A stretch of 63,799 nucleotides of DNA, filler included, from Vannella sp. (Eukaryota), in NCBI GenBank assembly GCA_023345925.1. It is 7 parts of 7 records of this genome, joined end to end, with 100 filler letters (N's around TTAATTAATTAA, not from the genome) between each part and the next. Parts side by side here need not be neighbours in the genome. Positions count along the whole stretch, not along the records: positions 8,834 to 27,942 come from JAJQQN010001195.1; 6 more parts are not named here. One strand, given 5' to 3'. Below, one piece after another: positions 13,401-23,238 of this stretch. The position numbers and the translations under genes were made by a program. The notes under the pieces were generated by a model that was not told where the DNA came from, made no database searches, and saw nothing but the letters and a program-made list of their open reading frames with translations. The first letter of the stretch is position 1. Each line of letters begins with the position of its first letter.

Positions 13401-16400
13401 AATTAACTCGAGAGCATCTCGCCACATACTAGCTTGGAGGAAATGGTGCAAAGCTTTTTGGTTATCTCCCGCTTGGAGGAAGCTCTGAGCAGCTTCGTGG
13501 TGCAAAGAAGCCTTTGCAAATGCCTCTCCGGCATGTTGATGCTGCTGTTCCACTGAAAAGTTGCGCCCAGCCTCTTCGAAGCGCCCTGCAGAGGCAAAGC
13601 ATTGAGCTGCGGCCATGTGAGAATTGATGCCAAGGAACAGCTCGGCGGCTTCAAGATACAGATCCATGGCCCGGGCTTCCAAAGCGGAGGCCCCTCCGAC
13701 GGCAGAAAAGGCGCGCTTTTGGTTCTCGAAAGCTGTCTTGGCTCGGAGAAGGGCGTCTGCTTCCTGGAAGAGATTCTTGTCTTCAGAATAGGTGAAGCAT
13801 TGCATAGCTTGGGGGTAGAATGTGTGCTTCATCATCACTAACCCTTGGCGGCGCCATTCTTCGACACTTGTGGTTTGGACGATGCCTTTGCTCACGAATT
13901 TCTTAATGTCAGCCATTCGCACTAAAGGCTTCTCTCTCTCGCACCAGTAACTGAGCATTGGAGCAGCTTTGGACATGTCACGTTCGAAGATATAAAGGTT
14001 CTTGCGTGGTCGAGTGATTGCCACGTAGAGATGCTTTAATTCCCCGCAGAGTAACATGTTGTGGAATCCGCTTTCGTATTTCTTAAGCTCGTTGGGATGC
14101 AGCTTTTGATTGAGGAGGCCTTTAGCCTCCATCAGCAAGTCAGTAGAGAACTCTTCATCATCCAATGTTGATTCGTTTCGAGTCTCCACTCGGACAAGAC
14201 CAGAAGTTTGAGTGGCATCTACCATGGGAACGGTTCGATGTTTGATATGGCGAATGGCCTCCCACATATCCTCTGAAGCGGACGAGTCAGAGAAGAAATT
14301 GAACAGAATAACATCATCAAACTCAAGGCCTTTAGCCTCGTAGACTGTCAGGCAAAGAGCGTGTTTGAGGAGCTCAGGGAGCCTAGACTTGGTCTCCTGG
14401 TTGCGAGTGATAACAACTTGGTTCGCACCAAATTGGTCCATTTGGCTGGGCAAATCTCCGTGTGATTGGCCGAAAAGGAATGCGAAGAGATCCTCTTCGC
14501 TAGTGTAGCGCATGAACGATGGCAGAGGACCGGGATAGGAGCCTTGATCCGAAGCTAGAATATCAATAGTTTCTGGAAAGAGGTCTTCCATAGTGTAGAC
14601 GACGCTGTTGCCCAATTGAATCAAGGAACTGTGTGATCTGAAGTTAACTGTAAGTTGATGGACTTCTGGAACCGCTCGGTCGGCTTGGAAAATGGGAGAT
14701 TGGGCTTGTTGGTGGTGAAATAGTCCTTGCAAGTCGGCGAAACGAAAGTGGACACCGCGGGCTATCGTTTGGCAAGTATCTCCAGTGAAGAAGAAGCCAT
14801 TGCGCTGCTGGCAAACCATCATCATCAGCTGGAGAGTAGATTGAGAGAAGTCTTGAACCTCGTCAATGGTCATGGAATGGATCACTGTACCTCGATATCC
14901 TTCATGGCAGAGACGAGTGAATAGATAGAAGATTATATCTTGCAAGTCAAAGGCCCCGAGCTGGCGCTTTCTCCTCTCGTAAGATTCAAACTGCATATAC
15001 ACCAGCCGTCTTTGAGATTGAAGAACTAATCCCTGCTTCCGGCCTAAGCTCTCACTGTACTCCTTGAAAGTGAGATAGCCTCGAGGAGACTGGAGAGCGA
15101 GAAGGGAGCCTTTGATGAAGGTCTGGATTTGAGTCCAAACTACTACGGGGTGGAGTTCATCGGACTTTCGGCACATGTTTTCAGCAAAGTACTCATAAGT
15201 GATTTCAAAGGACTTTCGGCTACCAGATACAACTCGCTGTGGACCATCATGGCCTGGGAGTTCCTCATCTCCAAGTTGTCGGAAATGCTCCCTTTCAAAG
15301 TGCATTGGGTCAGCGTTCTCTTGCATAAGGTCTTCCAGGGCATGTTCAATTGGTACAAACTGGCGGTCTACAACCTCAATAAGTCCCTGGTCATCATCAT
15401 TGCACCATGCCAGAGCGGCAGATGGGTCATGTGAGAAGAAGGGTTCATGCAAGGTACCATCTAACATCTTAAGGAATTGTCGCAAGGTCAAGAATAGTGG
15501 GAACCGGTCACTGGATACCTTCAAGTTAGCTGGGAGTGCATTCTGATTGTTTAGACCACCAGCAGGAGCAGGCTTATCCACAAGTTTCTCAAAATGCTTT
15601 TGCGCTTGTGCGCAAAGAACTGGAGAAAGAGTGATGAACAGAGCATTCATCTTCTCGTCTCCATCATCTCTCTCTTCTTGTTCTCCACTAGCAAAGGGCT
15701 CTTGGGCAGCGTGATATTCTTGATAGAGCTGATATCGAGCAAACAGGCGAAGTAAGGCGCACGTCGTCTTTCCCGTTCCCGACCGCCCAATGAGAAGAAC
15801 GTTGTCGGGAAGTGCCAAAACACTTTCTTCTTGAGGAGACAGTTTGGTGACGACTGAAGCCTCCTTTGACTGCTGGGAAGCCCAGAGCTTTTCGAAGATC
15901 AATTGAACGCACTTCTGGTTACCGGATATCCTGCGAATCTCCGCTTCCTTGCGGAAGATAGAGTTTGGCAAATAGGCGGGAAGCAGTGTCTCCGGAGCGA
16001 CAGATTGGGTTCGTAATAAGTGTTGCCAGGGCCCTTTCTGTCCTTCCACGTGTCGAGCAAGGTTACCTTCCTCGTCAACAGTCACTTTCAGAGTTCCAAA
16101 GCGCCAGCGGATCAAGTCTAAGTCAAGGCCAGCGTCTCCATCATTCAAAGAGTCCGTGTTGTCTTCTCTCGTGACTGTCACGAGCTCTGCACCAGCCGCA
16201 GCATCGAGGTTGGGAGTGGCAATCTTGCAGAAGATGGCCTGGACCTGCTCTGCAGGGAATGGTAAGCAAGGAGGGCAAGGGATTGTTATCTCTGTGCTTC
16301 CACTTGTGAATTCTTGGGCAGCCAAAGGCATCAGTCTAGTCAACTGTGCCGACTGGACCCGAGGAAGGAGGGAAGTGAGTAATACTGTTTCTGTCTCCAC

Positions 16401-17060
16401 GCTTTTGAGTGTAGCAGCGCACAGTTCCTTCCCCAGTCGCTCTGTGTTACGTTCTAGTGACTTTTCAGAGTCACAGATGGCGTAGAGAAGACCGGCTGGC
16501 TGGTAGGTGTAGGAAAGGCGGAAGGCATTGTTCTGAGCAGAGCTCTTGAAGTAGTCCACTTGGCGCCGCACAAAGTGGACCACGAGAAGGTGAAGATCAT
16601 GCTTGATCGTATGGCGATACACTGCAGCGTAGAGGAGAGGTCCTTCCGTCACCAATCGACGAGCCAAGACCACTTCCTTCCGTGGCGCTATGATTTCTCG
16701 AAGTGAAGCGCGTTGGCGGTCAGTAGGGAGATCGAGGAAGTGGCGAGCGAAGGTTTGGCTGAAGTACTGAACAGGGAGACTCTGTTGGAGCCAGCTCCAA
16801 GGGTCTCTTTCTTGTGTCAAGGGATTGCGGATAAGGTCCACAAGAGGGCGAGGGGTGACGAGGAGGTGTTCAAAGAAAGCGATGAGGATCATCAGCAAAC
16901 CTTTCACTGCATCCTGCTCGTCCACCTTCTCCACAAGAAGGTGAGACAGCTTCATCGCTTCAAACAACTTCCGATGAGGCTTGTCCGCTTTCCTCCACTC
17001 CTCAAACATCCTCGAAGCATACGGCCCTCTCTCAGGTTTCTTTGTGATCTCCGCCTGCAT
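10410..17060 (-). CDS. TRANK1/LBA1-like UvrD (SF1) helicase with TPR-like repeats, 2216 aa, intronless
   Basis: Walker A GRSGTGKTT, Walker B IDEVQD, TGDTCQTIARG, LTVNFRSH, AKGLEFDDV, LYVAITRPR, followed by helical TPR-like repeats. Confidence 0.9.
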   Translation of the reverse strand: MQAEITKKPERGPYASRMFEEWRKADKPHRKLFEAMKLSHLLVEKVDEQDAVKGLLMILIAFFEHLLVTPRPLVDLIRNPLTQERDPWSWLQQSLPVQYFSQTFARHFLDLPTDRQRASLREIIAPRKEVVLARRLVTEGPLLYAAVYRHTIKHDLHLLVVHFVRRQVDYFKSSAQNNAFRLSYTYQPAGLLYAICDSEKSLERNTERLGKELCAATLKSVETETVLLTSLLPRVQSAQLTRLMPLAAQEFTSGSTEITIPCPPCLPFPAEQVQAIFCKIATPNLDAAAGAELVTVTREDNTDSLNDGDAGLDLDLIRWRFGTLKVTVDEEGNLARHVEGQKGPWQHLLRTQSVAPETLLPAYLPNSIFRKEAEIRRISGNQKCVQLIFEKLWASQQSKEASVVTKLSPQEESVLALPDNVLLIGRSGTGKTTCALLRLFARYQLYQEYHAAQEPFASGEQEERDDGDEKMNALFITLSPVLCAQAQKHFEKLVDKPAPAGGLNNQNALPANLKVSSDRFPLFLTLRQFLKMLDGTLHEPFFSHDPSAALAWCNDDDQGLIEVVDRQFVPIEHALEDLMQENADPMHFEREHFRQLGDEELPGHDGPQRVVSGSRKSFEITYEYFAENMCRKSDELHPVVVWTQIQTFIKGSLLALQSPRGYLTFKEYSESLGRKQGLVLQSQRRLVYMQFESYERRKRQLGAFDLQDIIFYLFTRLCHEGYRGTVIHSMTIDEVQDFSQSTLQLMMMVCQQRNGFFFTGDTCQTIARGVHFRFADLQGLFHHQQAQSPIFQADRAVPEVHQLTVNFRSHSSLIQLGNSVVYTMEDLFPETIDILASDQGSYPGPLPSFMRYTSEEDLFAFLFGQSHGDLPSQMDQFGANQVVITRNQETKSRLPELLKHALCLTVYEAKGLEFDDVILFNFFSDSSASEDMWEAIRHIKHRTVPMVDATQTSGLVRVETRNESTLDDEEFSTDLLMEAKGLLNQKLHPNELKKYESGFHNMLLCGELKHLYVAITRPRKNLYIFERDMSKAAPMLSYWCEREKPLVRMADIKKFVSKGIVQTTSVEEWRRQGLVMMKHTFYPQAMQCFTYSEDKNLFQEADALLRAKTAFENQKRAFSAVGGASALEARAMDLYLEAAELFLGINSHMAAAQCFASAGRFEEAGRNFSVEQQHQHAGEAFAKASLHHEAAQSFLQAGDNQKALHHFLQASMWRDALELIRRFPHEDTLRYCREATDFACTQVNETKQCDSVDWDLVFFALETYSKEFASQVSQALESEEMATPQLLAELSRLGFDSVKVQLLTHRHQQGGEQVRGFPYQQLLGVCLLQLSQQYYGLKQLHQDASVADHQEKETLKIEAKRIQTRMNQIVSSLDERDQLNLLSLFGAASVIKSLPPSLAVRSALKTLGTHPNLTDDCSPEEALQLKLDQFFGLFTPSALVLDAAHTDKAKRVLREAQSLLDGLVSSKASSHLQQTVQLMSELLCPGTGWPFLVDAFKRQCNFPERKQRSCRYLLISCIHLFLHSNDVALLLDCGLASLLVLSQLLLCLLQPAELKCPEQLGALFYLFGAPMNLHLAPGFPTVVTLPETCPLVPIHRQLFPSSSFASVVMNGGQELVRLSLDTALATMLYSGTCLYVSILGFLFNEMPKKNSQAVISRIESLVEVAGAAVPFVEAALLIPAKGIMTRPKMRQQWLLNKNSLIPSSVLSEKLDNITIRVSSSLHKLFDAGDEVHRALFSSKNVIASVVAMQHFRFKHRSPVYVLEEETLNSYIKLRTHYHTGSQFMFYDSMVRTLSIFEREEELYSWLVHETLPPPPISLDTSMDQLREIQKQVLRMRALQRQGRLLDSIRCCNDLLRNIEQQGHTNNVAHKLISEHVGFGVALQSALYGEPCVLQESMLANLNALPVDPIIPESVGTLMEALLELMEHYSRLEHLQGTEAMATLSYNCDMPSIEYDSELLDNLWARRGEMIDLNSDISEKDQIDFLQSVPLLSGERSQIPPKEFSETMQEHFYEPCVIYELRDTRKLSEVDLQLLDSQLPKESPAPNQKVPVSLELSTSVISSFLSSQMKNPVSVKPSFIKVLFALSAGFHSTLNGVLLHLGMLPGNSTGTISDGLCDLVRASQILSQTTGTFNSIGAEYQTTMDSLEREMKDLVERLAALEKWLAHHVVLEDEEIESSDLIHGSKQWRERQMLKLRRQQVGLRRQHVLRLKAERIR

Positions 17061-17775
17061 GGGGAAGGCAACGAATGGACCTTTCCCAAGAGTTCCTTTC
17101 CATCTTTATTCCGGTTTACCCTCTCACTTTCCAAGTTTTTTCCGGAAAATCCTCTTCGACCGTCCCCTTCTTGCCCTTCCTTATCGGGGAAGACCCCGAT
17201 TTTTCACACTTTCGGCGAAAGACTCCCCAATGAGAAGGAGCCAAAAAGTGCCTCACTTAAAACACAAGAAAAACTCATTCGTAATGGTCCCGGTCGAATT
17301 TGAAGCCAGGTTCCAACGGAGGCCAGCGGACGTGGTGGGCGGTGAATTCTCTTCCTTCCGATCATCACTTTCAACACCTTGCTGCTGAGCACGGTTCCTT
17401 GGATGTTCATCTGAAATATTTATTGGCAAGGAGAGAAGCTCAGATCGATCAGGAATTGTAGAGCGACTGAGCCTTGTTCACGAGCGTCTCCCAGCTTTCC
17501 AGACAATTCCTGATCGATAGGCACTTGCGAAAGACATGGTATCATTCTGGAGTCGAAGGACTCTTGCTCTTTGACAGACCTGAGAAACAGATTTTTCCCA
17601 GACCATTCCCTCCAGAAAAAAAAAAAAATAAGAAAAAATCTCGCAGGAGCCATAAGATGGCTATTTAACGGCTTCTTATCACCTAGCTATAACCACCCCT
17701 GTTGTCTGCCTGATTAATCCGGTCTTCCTTTATCGTGGTTGATTTGGATGACTTTTCATTCGAGGACGAGCGGGC

Positions 17776-18867
17776 ATGACCCCAAGCCGTTGCCTCCTTC
17801 TCTTGTTCCTGTTTGTCCTTTTAGTAGATGCTGTGAACCTTTATCAGGCATGTGGAACCGCTCAGTCGGACTATTACTACCAGAAGGATGCTGGCCCGCT
17901 TGCGTTAGCGTTTGGTGATGCTCCCTACTCTTGGAGATTAGACTCCAACCACTCTTTACTCTTCAACGTGTGCTCCAACTCGAAGGCATGTGATGGAGCA
18001 ATGGTCTGTATCGTCTCAAATGAGGAGGTTCTCCCTTTCATGTACTCCGAGTCCCTCTTCAGCTACCACAGTCAAGAAGACTCTCTCTCGTTGATGTATG
18101 ACAACAAGTCCCCTATTGCTCATCGCCACTTCAATTTAGAAGTCTCATGTGGCTCCTCTTTCTTCACAGCCACTGGAGGGGACATGGACAAGTATTGGTC
18201 CAATGAGATTAACATCCAAGCAACCAGCTTTCTTGTTTGTGCAGAATCTCCCATCGAAAAGCAGCCTCCTCCCCAGCACCAGTCACTCTCTGCTGAGCTG
18301 TTTATGAGCGGGAAACTCACGATGTTCGAATTTGACTTCCTGGCCCTTAATGGAGCCACATCTTTCACTGGAATGGTTTACTGGAGGAGCAACGTTGGGC
18401 TCAAGATCAATGGGACTATGTTTAACAAGGCCGGCTTGCAAAGCGAAGTTGCTTTCCTCGTCCAACTGCTCCCTAAAGGAGCACGGCTCGTTTCTTTTGT
18501 ACAACCAAAAGCTGGCTCTCCTCACTCATGCGTGATAATGCCAACAGATGACGATTTTCAGGATCTTGATTGGTTTGGTCCAGATGTGAACGAGAATCAA
18601 GTCATCTCCCGAAACTACACGAGCATTCACTTTAACCGGCCGAGCACTTTTGTGGTCCAACAGTGGGATAGCTCTGATCCTTTCATATCCTTGATGATAG
18701 AGCCTCAATCTCAAATGCCAGTGTTTCTGGCAAGCAGGCTTTTAGCCCCTTTCCGTAGCATCCAACACCACCAACCCTTCATTTCAGAGTTGAATTGGAA
18801 AACCGCCTCCAATCTTGCCATTGACCCAAGCACATTTGCCATTCCACCAGCTTGGAGATGTTCCTGA
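17776..18867 (+). CDS. Secreted protein; possible MRH-like N-domain and ependymin/LolA-like C-domain
   Basis: Signal peptide (CLLLLFLFVLLVDA), Cys pattern LFNVC...C...VC...SC...VC, C-terminus IDPSTFAIPPAWRC. Domain calls are by eye. Confidence 0.6.
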   Translation: MTPSRCLLLLFLFVLLVDAVNLYQACGTAQSDYYYQKDAGPLALAFGDAPYSWRLDSNHSLLFNVCSNSKACDGAMVCIVSNEEVLPFMYSESLFSYHSQEDSLSLMYDNKSPIAHRHFNLEVSCGSSFFTATGGDMDKYWSNEINIQATSFLVCAESPIEKQPPPQHQSLSAELFMSGKLTMFEFDFLALNGATSFTGMVYWRSNVGLKINGTMFNKAGLQSEVAFLVQLLPKGARLVSFVQPKAGSPHSCVIMPTDDDFQDLDWFGPDVNENQVISRNYTSIHFNRPSTFVVQQWDSSDPFISLMIEPQSQMPVFLASRLLAPFRSIQHHQPFISELNWKTASNLAIDPSTFAIPPAWRCS

Positions 18868-19903
18868 ATTAACTAGCTTACTAAAGCTCGAGAAAGGTCA
18901 CGAGTACGTGCGGAGAATGAGAGAAAAGTGAAAGATACGTGACTGGCCCGGATTGCAGAGTCATCAAAATGAATGGTGCCAGAGAGGAGAGACGAGGGAT
19001 TCGGGTTGGCCAATCCGAAGACAAAGTTTCCTGTTTAAAGCGTTTGGCAATTACTAAGCAGCACTTCGCATCCTAAGGATCTCTGTTTCATTCAACATTC
19101 AATCAATCATCAAAAGCTACAGTGACTTGGGAGAGACTCGCGCAATGAAGGACTGTTCCACGAAATGTTGTCGAAGAGTGTCTTTTTGTCACACTTTTGG
19201 TCTAAGCTACCTTAAAACAGAAAGCACACATGTGAGCACATGAGAGCACCATCACCACATCCCCCTTGAGGGAGCGAAGTCTGCTCGCAGGGCTCAACAC
19301 TATCCCCGAACCCTTGTTGATAAGCGTTAACCATCCCTGGTCTTAACCCTAGCCAGCCTGAGCCGGAAAACTGAGCGCACTCCCAAATTTGAGCTAAGAG
19401 CTGTTCCCAAGTTCATTTATGGAAGCTCAGTTCCTCTCAATCACTTCTTTCTCCAGTGACGATCGCGACCGCAGGGATCGGGTTTAATGGAGTTTGATAA
19501 AAATGAGTTTTTTTAGCCTCCCTTTTTGAGCCTTTTCTTTGCCCGAATGTGGGCTTTTCTCAAATACCTCCCGACTGAATTAGTATTTCCCCCTCCGATC
19601 GTCTCAAAGTTCACTTTAGGTGCCAAGCTTTGCGTTTCTCTCCGCCATTTCAACTTTGATTAAGAAACTGGGGTTTTTCATCGGCGTGGGTCAAGACCAA
19701 ATGGGCGGACATGCTACACGGTTTTCTCTCGCAGTTTGTATCACACCTCATTCTTTAAAAACAGAAAGTGATCAAAAACTCAAACTGGAGTTGGAGAACC
19801 CCGAAAAGAAAAATTGGAACCCTAAACCCACATTAGCAACCATTTTCTTTCAAGACTCAAAGAACCAAATCCTGAAAAGGAGAACGAATAGTTGCACGCC
19901 GTA

Positions 19904-19968
19904 GTTCGGTGCCACCCCATTATCTTCGGTGCCACCCCATTATCTTCGGTGCCACCCCCATTATCTTG
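19904..19968. repeat. ~21-bp tandem repeat x3
   Basis: TTCGGTGCCACCCC(C)ATTATC three times. Confidence 0.9.
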
Positions 19969-20054
19969 TCAGCCTCAGGTATGAAAAGGTCCTCCTTCAG
20001 ATCATTCGTTGACCTCGCCCGAAGGGCCCTGAGCGTGTTTCTTCGTGTCTCCTC

Positions 20055-20708
20055 ATGTCTCTCATCTCCACCTTCCCTCTCAAACCTGAACAACTTCGAG
20101 CACTAGCTGTGTATCAGAACCACAGACGCGAGATACCAGTCCAACACCCGCATCTTTCTAAAGCAGAACTGGGCCAGTTTGTCCTCATAACAGGTGAAAC
20201 AACCTTCTTCAACTTCCACATAGCCGCTCGGAACCTTCCGTCTGATGTAGAATGGAACTGGAGTCAAACCAGAGCGCAAGAAGAGGTGGTCCTGCCAGAC
20301 ACGTCTGAAAAGGTGAGGTTTTGGAAAGTCATTTCGAGAGGAAACCAAACGTGCTCCGACGGGCTTCCACGGTACAAAACGTGGATCTTCCATGTGAATA
20401 TCCCGCGAGAAGCTCCTTTCAGCATGGTTTGGTGCGAGAAAGGCAGGGAAAAGCGACTCTCCACCTTGAATGAAGCCTTTCCCAGCTCCAACCCCTGCCA
20501 GCTTCAACCACCAGAACCACAGTCCCAACCACATCCTCCTCTCCATCCAGAACCACAGTACCAACCACATCCTCCTTTCCATCCAGAACCACAGTACCAA
20601 CCACACCCTCTTTTCCTTCCAAATACGCTCCGTCACAACCCTCAAGATAGATGGGAGGAGAGCTTCATCGAAGAACTCAACGCCAGCTTGTGGCCTTACA
20701 AAGTGTGA
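20055..20708 (+). CDS. Hypothetical protein: Trp/basic globular N-domain plus P/Q/H-rich repeats
   Basis: 217-aa ATG ORF with three 36-nt in-frame repeats (EPQYQPHPPFHP) at ~20510-20615. Confidence 0.65.
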   Translation: MSLISTFPLKPEQLRALAVYQNHRREIPVQHPHLSKAELGQFVLITGETTFFNFHIAARNLPSDVEWNWSQTRAQEEVVLPDTSEKVRFWKVISRGNQTCSDGLPRYKTWIFHVNIPREAPFSMVWCEKGREKRLSTLNEAFPSSNPCQLQPPEPQSQPHPPLHPEPQYQPHPPFHPEPQYQPHPLFLPNTLRHNPQDRWEESFIEELNASLWPYKV

Positions 20709-20908
20709 AATTGCATATAAAAGGCGTCTTGAGCCCTCGGTGTGAGTGGAAATCTTATTGCAGATCACCAATAAGAAGACATCCACCTTCCCATAGCTTG
20801 CACTGACAATGGGCCTCCTCTCCAAACTTGATCAGGCAGACCCAGCACCAGGCCAGCCCAGTTTTATTCTGTCTATTGATTATCAATTTCAATTTATAAT
20901 TATTTTGG

Positions 20909-21764
20909 ATGTCTGGAGGTGACACCTTTGCTGGTCAGGTGAAGAATCTGACCTCTTTGAAGGAGCTGGAGACTACGTTGGCCTTACAGCATGATTGGTG
21001 AGTGATTGTGATGGGATAGGAGAGTTTGTCTCATGCTCTGTGGCAGTTACAAGAGGATGAAGGACTCCCATCAAGCTCTTCTCAGTTTCAACGCGTTCAG
21101 CGCGAAGGAGTTCGCCCGCTTGGGCCCAGAGCTAGAGCGGAAGACGAAGCTGATACAAGTGTTGAAGAAGGACCTCTACAACATCTTCGATCGCATCAGT
21201 ATGCTGCGGGAGACTATCGGCTTCCATTACCCCGACCACGAAGTCATCCTCCCTGAGGAACTCGAGGAAGAAGAAGACGACTTCCCCCACATTGTACCAA
21301 CCCCAACGGGCGATGGAGAGACTACCACAAAGAGTACTGGAGAGAACCAGGACTTGCTTGTCTTCCCACTCGAAGCGAAGCCGGAGGCCCTTTCTTCGAG
21401 TGCAAACGACGCTACAACGAAGCCTGGGGGTGGTGCCATTGACCTCTCCAATGACCACTCAGAGGATGAAGCACACAAAGCTCTTCCAGATGGATCCGAC
21501 GGGGAACAACTGGACGAGTTAGAGTCGCAGCCTGACAACCACGAGAGCGTGGTGGATGATGAGCCGTTAGATGATCTGGAGGACCCTCTTGATACAACGG
21601 ATGAACCTCTGGATGACGAGACCGTCGAAATGGAAGTCGATGGGTCGAACGAGGAACCAAACAGAACTTTCACCTCTCTGGAGGACACAGAAGAGGTTGA
21701 AGACAGCCTGGACACGCCAGAAGTCCTTCTTACAGAAGAGGAGAACTTACCTGACGATGAATAG
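20909..21764 (+). CDS. KXD1: KxDL-motif protein (KXD1-like, BORC/BLOC-1 associated) with a long acidic tail
   Basis: ATG 20909; intron 20998-21046; LLSFNAFSAKEF...LKKDLYNIFDRISMLRETIGFHYP matches the KxDL domain. Confidence 0.8.
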
Positions 21765-21829
21765 AGCAGTGGAGGGCGGGGAACGTCAAAACAAAGCCGC
21801 TTTATTACTCTTCTGGTCGCATGAAGCCT

Positions 21830-23050
21830 CTACATCGACTTTGCACCTTTCCCAGTGAACCAAACCGCTCTCTCCGTGGTCAGGTCGTCCACATAGCGGC
21901 AGGTAGTGATGACTTCCCAAAGGGATTGCGCAATGCCTTGGGGATTCTGGTAGTAATACTTTCCCAGCACTGGCTTGATCGCTTCAGAAGCCTCCTTGGC
22001 GTGGTAATGAGGAATCATCGAGAAGAGGTGATGAAGAACGTGCGTGCTGCCAATGTCGTGGTGCATGGTGTTGAAGAAGACTCCATAGTCTCTATCCACA
22101 GTTGCGAGGGCGCCCTGCAGCCAGTTCCACTCTTCGGTGCGGTAATGAGGAAGGGCTGGGTCTGTGTGGTGTAGGAACGTGTACAAAAGAAGCCAGAAGT
22201 TGGTCACCATCAAGGGAATGGCAAAGTAGGCGGCGACAGTCCACCATCCACTGTGCCAGGCCACGCCAGCGGCACCAGCAAGTACAGCCAGCACTCCAAT
22301 GTCACTGATCACCACCATCCAGAACTGGCCAGCGTTGAAGAGAGGGGAGCGAGGATCATAGTGGTTGGTCGTCTTTCCGTAGTCTCGACCGGCCATGTGG
22401 AAGCCCAGGTAGAGATACCAGCCCACCAGGAACATTCCAATGGTCTCTGCTACAATCTTGACAAGTCCTAAGGGTCCGGGAGCCTGGTAGGCTACGGCCT
22501 TTTGGTCTTTGAGGGAGGAAACGGTTCTTGGCAAGAAGACTTCGTCTCGTTTCAGGTCTCCAGTGGAGCGGTGGTGCTTGGCATGACTGATTCTCCACGA
22601 GTGATACGGTACAAGGAGGAGGGAATGAAGGATCCAACCAACAACGTCACAGACAAGGACTGAGTCTGAGAAGGCGCGGTGGCCACATTCATGCGCGATC
22701 ACCCATAATCCGGTTCCAACGCCTCCCTGGAGGGCCCAGAAGGTTGGCCAAAGGACATACTGAAGGTAGGTAGGCGTAGCAGAGATGTGAGTGGCGAGGT
22801 AGTGGAGAAGGCCGACTACCAATAGATCAGCCAGCTGCGTTCGAGAGTCAGTTGGGCTTTAGTACATCTAGGCTTCCACCAAGATAGAGAGAAAGAGGTT
22901 AAGTAAGCCTACCAGGTAGCCAAAGGATTTGGACAACGGACGTTCAAAGCAATGAGGAGGAATCGCCGCTTTCAGATCTCCTTTAGTGAATGGCGGAGGT
23001 GCAGTTGGCACCCGCAAACCATTCGAGGGCTGCTTCGACGGAGGAGACAT
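21830..23050 (-). CDS. FAD2: Delta-12 (omega-6) fatty acid desaturase, one intron
   Basis: [19 protein letters not shown], and His boxes HECGH, HAKHH, HVLHH. Confidence 0.95.
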
Positions 23051-23238
23051 GGAATGACAGACAGACCGAAAAAGAAGGAGTCGGAGGGTACATTCTTCTG
23101 TGGAATGCCAAAAGGACCGCCAGCCAATCAGACGAAAGAGACAGCGTGATTATTCTCTAATAATGATTATCAAGACTTGGATTTGTATATTTTTGCTGAG
23201 AAGGCCCTCTTGTTCTTTTTAGAATAACATTTTATGTA

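Noticed and set aside
19818..19829. AACCCTAAACCC telomere-like / telo-box word
   Set aside because: Single short occurrence; the organism's telomere repeat is unknown.
20103..21858. Long antisense and alternate-frame ORFs (e.g. 20103-20825, 21227-21715)
   Set aside because: Shadows of real genes with low-complexity or repetitive coding sequence.
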